Source of the DNA: Podarcis muralis
Lineage: Eukaryota
Length of the DNA: 64,000 nucleotides
Assembly (NCBI RefSeq): GCF_964188315.1
Contig: NC_135667.1
Location: 13,082,001-13,146,000, forward strand
Direction: 5' to 3'
Below are positions 36,270 through 47,597 of the stretch, piece by piece. Position 1 is the first letter of the stretch. Every line of letters begins with the position of its first letter. The translations under genes were made by a program, and so were the position numbers. A model generated the notes under the pieces. It was not told the DNA's origin. It searched no databases and saw only the letters and a list, made by a program, of their open reading frames with translations.

Positions 36270-36971
36270 TACTTGCCCCAAACCTAGATGACTGAGGAGT
36301 ACAGTGAGATAAAACACAAGCTGAACAACTCTGTATGTGGTTTATAAAAGTTCATTAACAGTAATAAATGTCATTTCAGCACCTTCTAATACATGGAATT
36401 TTAAATATCTCCAATGCCAAAATAATAATGGCATATGCAACTAAATAACTCAAACCCAAACAGTCCAAATACTTCTAAAATAAGTCTGTAAGAACAACTC
36501 TACATGTGTATACTTGTGCTGGTGCGATCCAGACGGAACTCCAACAATGGTGTTAACATTCTTGTGTGATTCACCTCATGTTCAACATATTGGTAATTAC
36601 CATAGAATTTTCTGGATACTGCAGGTAATGTAGCTATCATCAGCAGTAGCCATTGATAGCCTTATCATCCAGGATTTTTTCTAATGCATTTAAGGCATCC
36701 AAAGTGGTGGCCATCCCTTGTAGTAGCAAAATCTATTGTTCAATTGGTTGCTGTGCAAAGAAGCACTTCCTTTCCTCATTGATCAGATAAGCCCAAGTTC
36801 TACAATTACAGGAGAAGGAGAGAAAAAATGCACCCTATACACTTTCTCCACATCATGTATAAATGCAACAGGAACAGTAAAATAAACAACTAAAACAATT
36901 TACTGCTCTGTTGTGACAATCAAAATCAGTTGCTAGAGGTGGCTGCCTCAAGCTGCCTAACAGTAGGGCCA

Positions 36972-37910
36972 TCAATGAGTGGAAACCTGCCCAGAAAGCC
37001 TTGCCAACAGATTTCCAAGGGCAGCCTTCATCTCCTTGTTCTTCAAAGCATAGATAGTTGGGTTCAGCAAGGGGGTGACAGACATGTAGAAGACAGAGAG
37101 CACTTTATCAATCATGAACCGGGCATACGGACGCAGGTAAATAAACATAATGGGCCCAAAGTACATGGTGACCACAATGAGATGAGAGGTACATGTGGAA
37201 GCAGCCTTGGTGCTCCTTTCAGACGCCCCCCGAGAGCGGATTGTGTACAGAATAAATCCGTAGGAGAGAAGTAAGCCAACAAAAGTCACCAGTGACATAA
37301 TACCACTGTTGGTGATCATCATGACTTCCAGGGGGTAGGTGTCAGTGCAGGCCAACGTGATGATCAAGGGGAGGTCACAGAAGAAACTGTCCACCTGATT
37401 AGGCCCACAGAAAGGTGCATTAATGATGAAACCCAATTGCACAGTGGCATGGAGGAGCCCACCAGCCCAGGAGGCTAGCACAAGCCCCATGCAATGCCAC
37501 CGGCTCATAAGTGAGGTATAACGGAGAGGATGGGCGATGGCCACATACCGGTCATAGGCCATGGCTATCAGCAGGAGCATCTCACTGCCTGCAAAGAGAT
37601 GGAGAAAGAAGATTTGTGCCATGCAGCCATGGAAGGAAATGGCATGGTGTTCGGAAAGAAAATCAAAGAGATTTGGGGTGGAAAAGGAAGACATGCAAAG
37701 GTCCAGGAAAGCCAGGTTACCCAGAAGAAAGAACATGGGTGAGTCTGAAAGGTGGTGATCCTTGAAAATTGCTGAGAGGATGAGGATGTTGGTGAATAGT
37801 GTAGCCATGTAGAGGAGAAGGAATAAGACAAATAAGAAGATTTGGACTTCCCAGGTTTCAGAGAGGCCCAGCAGGAGGAACTCAGTCACCGTTGTCTGGT
37901 TTGTTGACAT
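36972..37910 (-). CDS. OR4-family olfactory receptor OR-3, intact, 312 aa
   Basis: Full OR motif set; close paralog of OR-2. Confidence 0.94.
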   Translation of the reverse strand: MSTNQTTVTEFLLLGLSETWEVQIFLFVLFLLLYMATLFTNILILSAIFKDHHLSDSPMFFLLGNLAFLDLCMSSFSTPNLFDFLSEHHAISFHGCMAQIFFLHLFAGSEMLLLIAMAYDRYVAIAHPLRYTSLMSRWHCMGLVLASWAGGLLHATVQLGFIINAPFCGPNQVDSFFCDLPLIITLACTDTYPLEVMMITNSGIMSLVTFVGLLLSYGFILYTIRSRGASERSTKAASTCTSHLIVVTMYFGPIMFIYLRPYARFMIDKVLSVFYMSVTPLLNPTIYALKNKEMKAALGNLLARLSGQVSTH

Positions 37911-40900
37911 TCCTTACAGTACTTGCGTATCACTGTGAAAATTTGGAAGGGAGAAAGGAGACAATAATGAGATACTTCCATCACAGTTTTCGGTTAAATC
38001 AGCAAAGGGTGTGCCTTTGTATCATCTGACATTATTCTTGACTGAGTCCTGGGATTCCTAGCCTAGTGCTTCATGCATTATCCCAGGAACATATGTAGGT
38101 GACTTATAATGAGTCAGACCATCAGTTCATCTAGCTCACTATTGTCTTCACAAGGGATGGGGAACCTGTGGCTCTTCAGATGTTGGTGTTATTCACCTCA
38201 CATCATCATCCCAAAAACTGAGCATGCTAGCTGGGACTCATCAGAGTTGGAGTCCCCTGCAACCACAGAGAGACCAACCTTTTTGGATGACAGCAAGCTG
38301 TCTTATTTCAGGTCAGATCATTGGTCTTTTGAACTCAGTATAGTCTGTAGTAACTTGGAGTAGTACTTCAGGGTTTTTGACAAAGGAAGAATGCTGGAGA
38401 TTGAACCTGGAACTTTCTACCGCTGAGCTATGACCCTTCATCTTATCAGCTCATCTAAAATATACTGCCCTTGTGCCCATAGTTTTGTGCATACACCCCA
38501 ATTCCCTAATTACCCATCTTCCTAAGAAGTAGACCACTTTCCAAAAAAAAAACACACTGTGTGAACAGAGGGAACTCACTGGAACTCAGTTCTGGCACCT
38601 CTCAGGTGTGTTCCAGAACAATGACAATGGGTGTCATTGCCATTCTAAGAGAAAGAGTGAGTTCATGGCGAGTTCCAGCACCTCTTTTTCTAGAAAAATA
38701 GCACTGCCTGGAGCACAATCCCTTTGGGTTCTTTAGATCTGGTGCAGCAGAGATTAGGGGATATTCTAAGAAGAAGTTATCATTCAGAGAAAACTGTGGA
38801 GAAGAAAGCATAAGCTGCATGGTGCCCTCCACAGCTCTTAGTGGCAGCTCCACCACCAGGGTGTGTGGCAGTGACTACATGTTAGGATTTTAGTTGTCAC
38901 CCTCCACCTCTTTTTTAAGGAAATGTGAGCTGGTGAGCTGAAGCCCTGGTCTTTCTCTTCCTCACCCATTCCATGGTTCCTTGCACATGAAGTGTAAGTA
39001 GAGTTACAACAATCACCCTGTTCTCACAGTGGCCAACCAGATTCCTGCGGGAAACCTGTAAGCAGAACCTGAGCACAAGAGCACTCTCCCCTGTTGTGGC
39101 TTCCAGCAACTAGTATGAAGAAGCATATTGACTCTGACCATGGAGGCAGACCATAGCCATCATGACTTGCAGCCTCTGATAGCCCTGTCCTCCATGAATG
39201 CATTGAATGCTCTTTTAAAGCCATCCAAACTGGAGGCCATCATTGCCTCCAGAAGTACTTTATTTCATCTGTTTCCCCTTTCAGCTTCATTGGTGCTTCC
39301 CTATTTTATTTGTGGCACTTCTGTTAACCTTGGGGTTCCATTGAGGGTGCTGATACACTCTTCTTCCTCAGCAGCCCTCTTTAGGCTGAGCCCTGTTGGT
39401 GCCAAGATCACTGTTAGACGGCATTATAGATATTACAACCATTGTGTTCTGCTGTGCAAAGTAAGAAGAACTAGCTAGGCAGGTCATACCCTAGGAGTTA
39501 TTGTCTCAGAATATTGTAATATTCAGTAAGAATAGAATAGACTAGAAGAGATGAGAAGAGAATAAAACTTATATTCACACACACACATACATACACACAC
39601 ACACACACACACCCAGGTATCTCAATGACTTCTATCCATGACACCATGTTCAGAGGCAGAAACAAACTGGCAGAATCATTAACAGGTTCAGATGCATTAT
39701 CATGTCTTATTTTGTTATTCTCTTACAAAGCAGCATCTTGTTAGGCACTGTCAGAAAACGGAGTCCTCATCTAGATGGTCACCTTTTCCAATGTTTCTCT
39801 AAATGTTAATTTTCACATTACCTTTGAGTCTTCATACATTGCAAAAGGCACTTTCAGACCTACACTAGAATATGGCACAAACTTTAGTGCTAATTTCTAT
39901 GTTATTTGCTGCCAGGGGAAAAATAAATCATTGGAAATAGTATTGAAATAAGTGGTAAACCTAGGCTATATTTCTCTATAATTTTGGAAGTGGATTTTGC
40001 ATCATGTGAAAGCTCAAATTTAATGTAAAAAACAACAGTTAGGGAACTGTTGGGAAAGTGGAATAAACATGCACATACAAGCCACAGTCTGATCTGGAAT
40101 GGTAGCTCTGATTTCTTAAGATCTTATATTTCGCTTTGCAGGGAGCACCAGTTCCCTAACCTCAGGATTCCAACAACATGCTGGTCCCAAACCATTATTG
40201 ATCAGGCTGTGCCCATATAACTGAGTGCTTTGCCTTCTGACGGCACCTATGGGAAACCCACAAAAAGGACATGAATGTAATAAGCCCTCTCCCGCTGCTG
40301 TTCCCCAGGAATCAGAGGCATGTCACCCCAGTACTCAATGTAATATATATTCTCCAGTCTTCTAGATGAATGAGTATGTCGTAACAATGCTGACCAGTTC
40401 CCACATTGCCCCATATTCCATCAGTAATTCAACCACCAAAAGGCATGTGGGGTGCTGGAGTTGGAAATGAGAAGTTTAGGTGACAGAAACTGCTGAAGAG
40501 CTCCTTGAAGGAGTCTGCAATGTGTCATTCTTCCCAAAGGCACTTGCCTTTGGACAAATCTAACACCCCCTCAAATGGTCTATATCACCCACCTGCAAAT
40601 CCCAGCAGAGATTCTTTGAAGTTTTCTGGAGCAACTTCTTCTGTTCAGCTCAGCATCAGCATGGAGCTGTTTGATTCAGTTTCGTCTTCTGCCTATGAGT
40701 GGTGTGAGGATGAGTTATCTATGTGGATGTGATCTCTGCTTGAAAGGCAGGCTAAAGAGCAAATCAAGAGACAGTGGTATGTGTGTGTAATTAATTGCTC
40801 ATCCCCCCCCCCGGGGGGCTGCTTTAGTTGGTGCCTTATCTGTTCTCACAGAGCGGGGGGGGGGGGTAATACTTTTGTCACTAAAGCAAGATTTACACAG

Positions 40901-42124
40901 CTGCCCTCAAGGATGCATTGTGCATTGGTTTGACTTCAGGTCTGGTTTTCTGGGTAGATGGTGAGAGATAAAAAGGGGGGGATAAATAGGGGTGTGATTT
41001 TCTTTCCCTGTCCCAAGTGTGTGTGATTCTACCACCTATCCCAATGGAATGATATCCACCTCTAATTAGGGGAGGAGCTTCTTTTTCATTAATGCTAATG
41101 CCCCTATAGGAACGGCATCAATTTCTATATCCTCGAGTGTTGTCCACTGGTTTCACTTACTTGATGACATTGACTTGTCTTGAGAGACAATGGAAGAGTG
41201 TGACATCTGGGCTAAAGTCAATCAATCAGAGGCATCGTGTGGTGTGGAGCTCCGGGGTGGCTTCTCTGACCCCAGATTTCTGAGGGGGTGCATCCCAGTG
41301 GCCCTACAACAGGCTCCCTTGCCAAGGCTCCCTTTCAGAACCACAGGGAGATGAGCTGTGCATGGGCTGGGCCTTCAGGTCTGTGCTGGCATTGCTTCCC
41401 CCTCATGGCTGGTGATGGGAGGCCTCCCACTTGACGTCCACAAAGACTCCTGGCTCTTCCACTTCTGCACCGGCAAGATCACTCAAGAAGACATGTTAAA
41501 TTCTTCTCACCCATTCTCTTTCCTCTTCCTCTCTTTCCTCCCCTCCCTCCAATCCCACCATTGTCTCTTTCTTGTTTCAGTTTGATCACTGCCTTCCTGG
41601 TCAAAATCACCTCTCAGTCAAGCCAAGACAAGCCAGCTGGCTAAATCAGTTGTGGGTAGCCAATCAGTCTTAAGTTCTTAGTAAGCTAGGGACTTGTTAC
41701 CCACTGCATGGGAAGACATCTGCAGATTGAGCGGATGAGAGCAATAATGGGTCCAATGGGTCAAGAAGGTGTTTTCTAAATTTGCTGTAGAGGGAAATAA
41801 GGGGCAGACCTGGAAAGGTAGCCCACCCAGGAAGGGGTGGAAGGTTTACAGGGTTTTCAGTAGACAACAAGATCAGCAATAAGATTTTTGTTTATACTTT
41901 CCCCCTTCTATTTTATTTTTCTGTTGCAAAATTGTACACATATAAATAACAAAACATGACATGACTGACAAAAAATGGGTAGGTAAAAAATAAATTATGG
42001 TGCAGGTAAAAAATAAATTATAGTACATAATGATGACGTGATTACAGTTAACCAGTGCAATGGATTTTTCAATAAATCAATTTGGTAAACACAGAACAAT
42101 AGGAGTGAGCTAAGGGGTATTGCC

Positions 42125-42620
42125 TGCACCACCAAGTTATGTCTCTGCTCCTTCACAGGGAGAGTAACCCCCCCCCCCCAAGGAAGCAGTCTCCCATCCA
42201 TCCTGTCTAGGGAACCACCTACTAACAGTACCTCTGTCTTATCTGGATTGAGGTTCAGCTTACTGGCTCTCATCCAGTCTATTACCAAAGCCAGACACTG
42301 GTCTAATAGAATATTTATTAAAACGTCAATAAATACTGATTGGATTAAAAACAATATTCAGGACCTCCTGATAAGATGATGCCCTGGCATAGTAAATAAG
42401 GGGTGTGCTGGTCTTTCCGGTATCCTGGTCCCCAAGCTGCATAGGTCTTTGCGTACCAGTGGCTGGTCAAGTTATTTTGGTAGCTGAGGTAGAAAATCAA
42501 AGAAATCCTAGGGTGGCACACAGCACCTCATTTGACCTGAGACCACCCAGAGAACATCTGGTCTACATCCAGGCGCAAATCAGTTTAGGGGTGGGTGGAG
42601 CTAATGTTGAATGAGGTTTC
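42125..42620 (-). mobile_element. L2-type LINE fragment
   Basis: DWMRASKLNLNPDKTEVLLV matches the L2 RT C-terminal signature. Confidence 0.6.
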
Positions 42621-42867
42621 TTAAAAAGACTTTTAAAAACTTAGCTTCCCCACCCATCAGCTGTGTGCTGTGTAAGGAAGCACTTCATTTTCAGCTCCAC
42701 TGTATGAGCCCGGGTTCTAGACTAAGGAGAAAAAAACTTCTCTCTAACTGCTTTCTCCACCCCATGTATAAATGCAAGAAGATCAGTAAATTAAATTTGT
42801 TGTTCTTTCGTGACACCCAAATTCAATTTCAAGAATTGCCTTCTGCTGCCTAGTGGTAGGTTCATCC

Positions 42868-42957
42868 CTAAGTGGAGACCTGTCCAGAAATATTTGCCAA
42901 CAGACTGCCAATGACAGCCTTCATCTCTTTGTTTTTTAATGCATAGATACTTGGGTT
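42868..42957 (-). pseudogene. Relic 3' end of an additional OR gene
   Basis: Translates NPSIYALKNKEMKAVIGSLLANISGQVST*, ~95 nt downstream of the OR-4 stop. Confidence 0.8.
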
Positions 42958-43050
42958 CTCCACACTGTGAGCAGTAAATTAAATAACTATTGATTTTGCC
43001 TCTTTTGTGACAACCAAAATAAGCTGCCTGAGGTGGCCATCTCATGCTGA

Positions 43051-44010
43051 CTAATGATAGGGCTGGCCTTGAGTGGAAACCTTCCCAGAAAGCCTTGCCA
43101 GCAGGCTTCCCATAGCAACCTTCATCTCCTTGTTCTTCAAAGCATAGATAGTTGGGTTCAGCAAGGGGGTGAAACAGGTGTAGAAGATGCAGAGCACTTT
43201 ATCGGCCATGAATTGACTGTATGGCTGCAGGTAAATAAAAATACAGGGCCCAAAGTACATGGTGACGACAATGAGGTGAGAGGTACATGTGGAAGCAGTC
43301 TTTGTGGTCCTTTTAGAGTGGGGCATGGAGCAGATGGTATGAATAATGAATCCATACGAGAGAAGCAGAGCGACGAAAGACACCAGTGACAAAATGCCAC
43401 TGTTGGTGACCATCATGACCTCCAGTGGGTAGGTGTCAGTGCAAGCCAACTTGATGACAAAAGGGAGGTCACAGAAGAAATTGTGCACAAGATTGGGCCC
43501 ACAGAAAGGTGCCTTAATTGTAAAAACCAATTGCACAGTGCTGTGGAGGAGCCCACCAGTCCAGCAGGCTAGCACAAGCCCCATGCAATGCCGCCGATTC
43601 ATGAGTGTGGCATAATGGAGAGGATGGGAGATGGCCACGTACCGGTCAATTGCCATGGCTACCAGCAGGAGCATCTCACTGCCTCCAAAGAGATGAAGAA
43701 AAAAGATTTGTGCCATGCAGCCATGGAAGGAAATGACATGGTGTTGGGCAAGGAAATCAAAAAGAGATCTTGGAGTGGCAAAGGAGGACAGGCAGAGGTC
43801 CAGGAAAGCCAAATGAGCCAGGAGGAAGAACATGGGTGAGTCTGAAAGATGGCGACATCTGAAAATAGCTGAGAGGGTGAGAATGTTGATGAAGAAAGTA
43901 GCCATATAAAGGAGGAGGAAGAAGACAAAGAAGACCAATTGGACCTCCCAAGTTTCAGAAAGGCCCAGCAGGACAAACTCAGTCAACATTGTCTGGTTTC
44001 CCCATGCCAT
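43051..44010 (-). CDS. OR4-family olfactory receptor OR-4, intact, 319 aa
   Basis: ATG at 44010; full OR motif set. Confidence 0.93.
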   Translation of the reverse strand: MAWGNQTMLTEFVLLGLSETWEVQLVFFVFFLLLYMATFFINILTLSAIFRCRHLSDSPMFFLLAHLAFLDLCLSSFATPRSLFDFLAQHHVISFHGCMAQIFFLHLFGGSEMLLLVAMAIDRYVAISHPLHYATLMNRRHCMGLVLACWTGGLLHSTVQLVFTIKAPFCGPNLVHNFFCDLPFVIKLACTDTYPLEVMMVTNSGILSLVSFVALLLSYGFIIHTICSMPHSKRTTKTASTCTSHLIVVTMYFGPCIFIYLQPYSQFMADKVLCIFYTCFTPLLNPTIYALKNKEMKVAMGSLLARLSGKVSTQGQPYH

Positions 44011-44118
44011 TGTCTTCTTGCAAATCACTGTAAAAACTGGAAAGGGAGAAAAAGGTGGTAATGAGATACTTCCATCGTAGCCTTAGCAAAGGGTGTAGCT
44101 ATGTGTCAGCTGCCATTA

Positions 44119-44359
44119 CAGTGGACCTCGGGTTAAGAACCTAATTCGCTCTGGAGGTCCGTTCTTAACCTGAAACTGTTCTTAACCTGAGGTACCACTT
44201 TAGCTAATGGGGCCTCCTGCTGTCACTGTGCCACTGCCACACAATTTCTGTTCTCATCCTGAAGCAAAGTTCTTAACCCGAGGTACTATTTCTGGGTTAG
44301 CGGAGTCTGTAACCTGAAGCGTCTGTAACCTGAAGTGTCTGTAATCTGAGGTACCACTG
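44119..44359. mobile_element. Tc1/mariner-type MITE in the OR-4 5' intron
   Basis: TA..TA flanks; paralogous units show the empty site CATTATTCTT with a single TA. Confidence 0.88.
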
Positions 44360-44611
44360 TATTCTTGACTAGGTCCTGGGACCCCAATCCTAATTGTTCA
44401 TACATTAGTCATAGGAAGTTAACATATACTAAGTCCATTCCTCTATCCAACTCAGTATTATCTGCACCAGGAGTTGAGAACCTGTGGCCCTACAGAGTCC
44501 AGCTCCTTGCCCGTGACCATTGTCCAAGCTAGCTGGGGCTGATGGGAGTGGGAGCTCAACAGATATCTGAAGGGCTGTAGTGCACACACACACCTCTTTT
44601 AGGGAAACAGC

Positions 44612-44780
44612 AAGCTGCCTTATATTGAGTCAGACTATTAGTTCATATAGCTCAGTATAGTTTACACTGACTGGCAGTGGTTTTTCAGAGTTTTAGAGGA
44701 TAAAATTCACACTCCTACTTGGACTGAACCTGGGACCTTCTAAATGGAAAGCAGATGCTCTACTAGTGGGCTATGAGCCT
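44612..44780 (-). mobile_element. Decayed tRNA-head/CR1-tail squamate SINE (Squam3-like); related remnants ~24830, ~30690, ~38300, ~59515
   Basis: AAGCTGCCTTAT..GAGTCAGAC..AGCTCAGTAT..CACTGACTGGCAG tail plus GAACCTGGGACCTTC box region. Confidence 0.55.
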
Positions 44781-45203
44781 TCCCCATCAATGCAGCTCCT
44801 CTAAAATATATTGTCCTTCTTCAACACACACACACACACACACACACACACCATCTTTCCAACTATCTATCTTCCTAAGAAGCAGACCACTTTCCAAAAT
44901 ACAATCTAAATTTGTGGAATATCTGAAGAACTACCCATTTGGGTACTCCAGATCTGCTGCAGAAGGAGATTCCAAGGAGAATTTACCACAGAGAAGAGCC
45001 CATGGAGAAGAAATAAGTAGCTGCCTTGTGCCCTTACACAGTGGTTTCATTTAGCATCAGCTCCACCGGCAGGGTGTTTGACTGAGACTGCATCAAAGGA
45101 CTGTGCACACACACAAAGGTGGATATGATAGATCCATTGTCTATCTTCATTACTGAAGTGTATCCACTTTTTTGTTGTGCAAAGACTTAACTTAATATTG
45201 TGT

Positions 45204-45805
45204 TACAGATAGGTAGCCGTGTTGGTCTGCCATAGTCAAAACAAAAAAAATTCCTTCCAGTAGCACCTTAAAGGAATTTTTTTTGTTTTGACTATGGCAG
45301 ACCAACACGGCTACCTATCTGTAACTGGAACTATGGAAGGCACCACATTGAGCCGCATGAAATGGAAGTCCATCAACCTCACCAAGAAACTTGCACAGGT
45401 ACAGACTGATATCTTCTTTCTTACTAAATGCAAGAACCTGGACATTCTACCCAAGGGTCTTAGAATTAAGAACCCTCTACAATCCACGTATCCCACTGAA
45501 TATGCAAGAAAACTATTATCTCATTATACATGACAAAGCCATTTTTCACCTTCTCACCCCTTGCTTTTTCCTGTAAGACCTATTGCAGTCGTTAAGAGTC
45601 GTCAACAGGCTCATCACAGCTATCTGCCAATCACCCATTCCCACCACCCTTCTGAGTAATACCCCTCCCCACCTTCTCACTATATAGAAGGATCTGGCAA
45701 CTTCTGTTTCAGTGTATCTGAAGAAGTGTGCATGCACACGAAAGCTCATACCAAGAACTAACTTAGTTGGTCTTTAAGGTGCTACTGGAAGGAATTTTTT
45801 TTGTT
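45204..45805 (+). mobile_element. Internally deleted Penelope-like element
   Basis: 12-bp TSD TTAATATTGTGT (45192, 45806); inverted terminal copy at the 5' end; N-terminal ORF piece KLAQVQTDIFFLTKC..PKGLRIKNPLQSTY joined directly to the 3' terminal repeat. Confidence 0.8.
45714..45751 (+). ncRNA. Minimal type-I hammerhead ribozyme motif
   Basis: GUAU-CUGAAGA-A-GUGUGC(AU)GCACAC-GAAA-GC-UC^AUAC: helix I GUAU/AUAC, complete catalytic core, CUC cleavage triplet at 45745-45747. Confidence 0.75.
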
Positions 45806-47597
45806 TTAATATTGTGTGTTGCTCTGATTGAATTATTAATAGGCCAGATGCATTAGCTCCCCCCATTTTGTGATTCCTTTCCAAAGTAACATCTGGTTAG
45901 TCACCATAAGAAGTGCTCAGCTTGATGTCACAAGCTGAAATCACACTGCAGTTTAGTCCATTTTCCCATTTCACGAACTGTTAATTTCTGCATTCACATG
46001 ATGCAAATATCACTTCCAGAACTATAGTGCCATTTAGTCCTAGTTTCCATGTTATTCCTTTCCAGAAAAAATAAAAATCATTTGCAACTAATATGGAAAT
46101 GAGCACTAAATATTCCCTATATTCCCCTATAGTTCTTGAAGTGGCTTTTATGTCATGTGAAAGCTCTAATTACATGCAGAAATTAACAGGGAAGCATCAG
46201 GAAAATTGAATAAACTGCCATGGGTATGTAGCTGCTGTCTGATGTAGAATGACAGTTCTAATTTCTCAAATGTAACACAAGTGCAGTAGACCTCTCCCAC
46301 AGCTGTTCCCCAGGATTTAGAGGCCCATCATATCAGAAACTGGGTATAGTATGTAGTCTTCAGTGTTCTGGGTGGACAATTACACAATAATAATGCTGAC
46401 CAGTCCTCACACTACTCAGCAATCTATCCACCAAAAGGCATTTGGAGTGCTGGAGTTAGAGAATGGAAAAGAGAAGATTAGTTGATGAAAATGGCAGGAG
46501 AGCTCCTTGGAGATGTTTGCAATATGTCATTCTTCCCATTGTTTCGCACCTGCCTTCTGGAAAAATGCAATACATCCTCAAGTGGTTTCTCACCCACCTC
46601 CAAAATCCAACAGAAATTCCTTGAGGTTGCTACAGCAACTTCTTCTGTCCTGATCAGCATGGAGCTGCTTGATCCAGTTCCTTCTTCTGCCTGTGGCTGG
46701 TGTGGGGATGACAATATCTATGTGGATGATATATCTGCTTGACTGCATCTGTTGGTGTGTTATCTGCTCCAATGGTGCTAGAGAAGAAAACAATACTTTG
46801 TCACTAAGGGATGTGATACACAACTGTCCTCAGGGGTGCATTGCTTATTGGTTTGACTTCTCATTTGGTTTCTTGGGTAGGTGGCAAGGGATCAAAAACA
46901 GGGTAATCTCCAAACTGTGCATGTGCACTCAACCAATTGAATGATCTCCAATTCTATTAATCTTCAAAGAAGGAAGGAAGGTTGTATATGATATTAATAT
47001 TATCAATACATTTTGTGGCTATATCATTACCCAGGTGCTCAGCTAATCTGGCAACCCTGTTACATATGTCACTAGGAACATGCATGTACCCATGTACCCA
47101 AAACACAGACCTCTGAGTGGTAGATCAAATGTTCACTGCTCTCAAAATGTGCCTAGCCTTAAACCATTTGGTCTGTGGGGAAATGGGGAATCATTGTTGC
47201 CCTTCCATTAATTCTATATCAACAAATACTGGACCACTACATTTAAATGATTCCATGTTCTGCCTCCAGAATCTTACCTTGAAGATCTACTTAGATCAGA
47301 GCTTTGTTTACCCAAGAGTATGGTTATTTTCGAAGGAGATAAAAATGTGTAATCCCAGATCCACATATTTTACACAGTCCAGGCATCTATAAGCCATTTG
47401 ACTTTCCAATGCCATTTTGATGCTTTGTAATAATATGCCAATTTATCTTTATCCTGAATGGGGACTCTGGCTACATACACACTATACCTTTAAAGTACAT
47501 TCAAAGCACATTGTTTCCCACAAATAATTTGGGGCACTGTTACTCCTCACAGTTATAGCTCTCAGTAAAGCCTCTCCTCCTCCCGGAGGGGAGGGGT

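Noticed and set aside
34035-36360. Possible solo LTR surrounding the Tc2-like element
   Set aside because: TG/CA ends can be found, but there are no matching inverted termini or TSD
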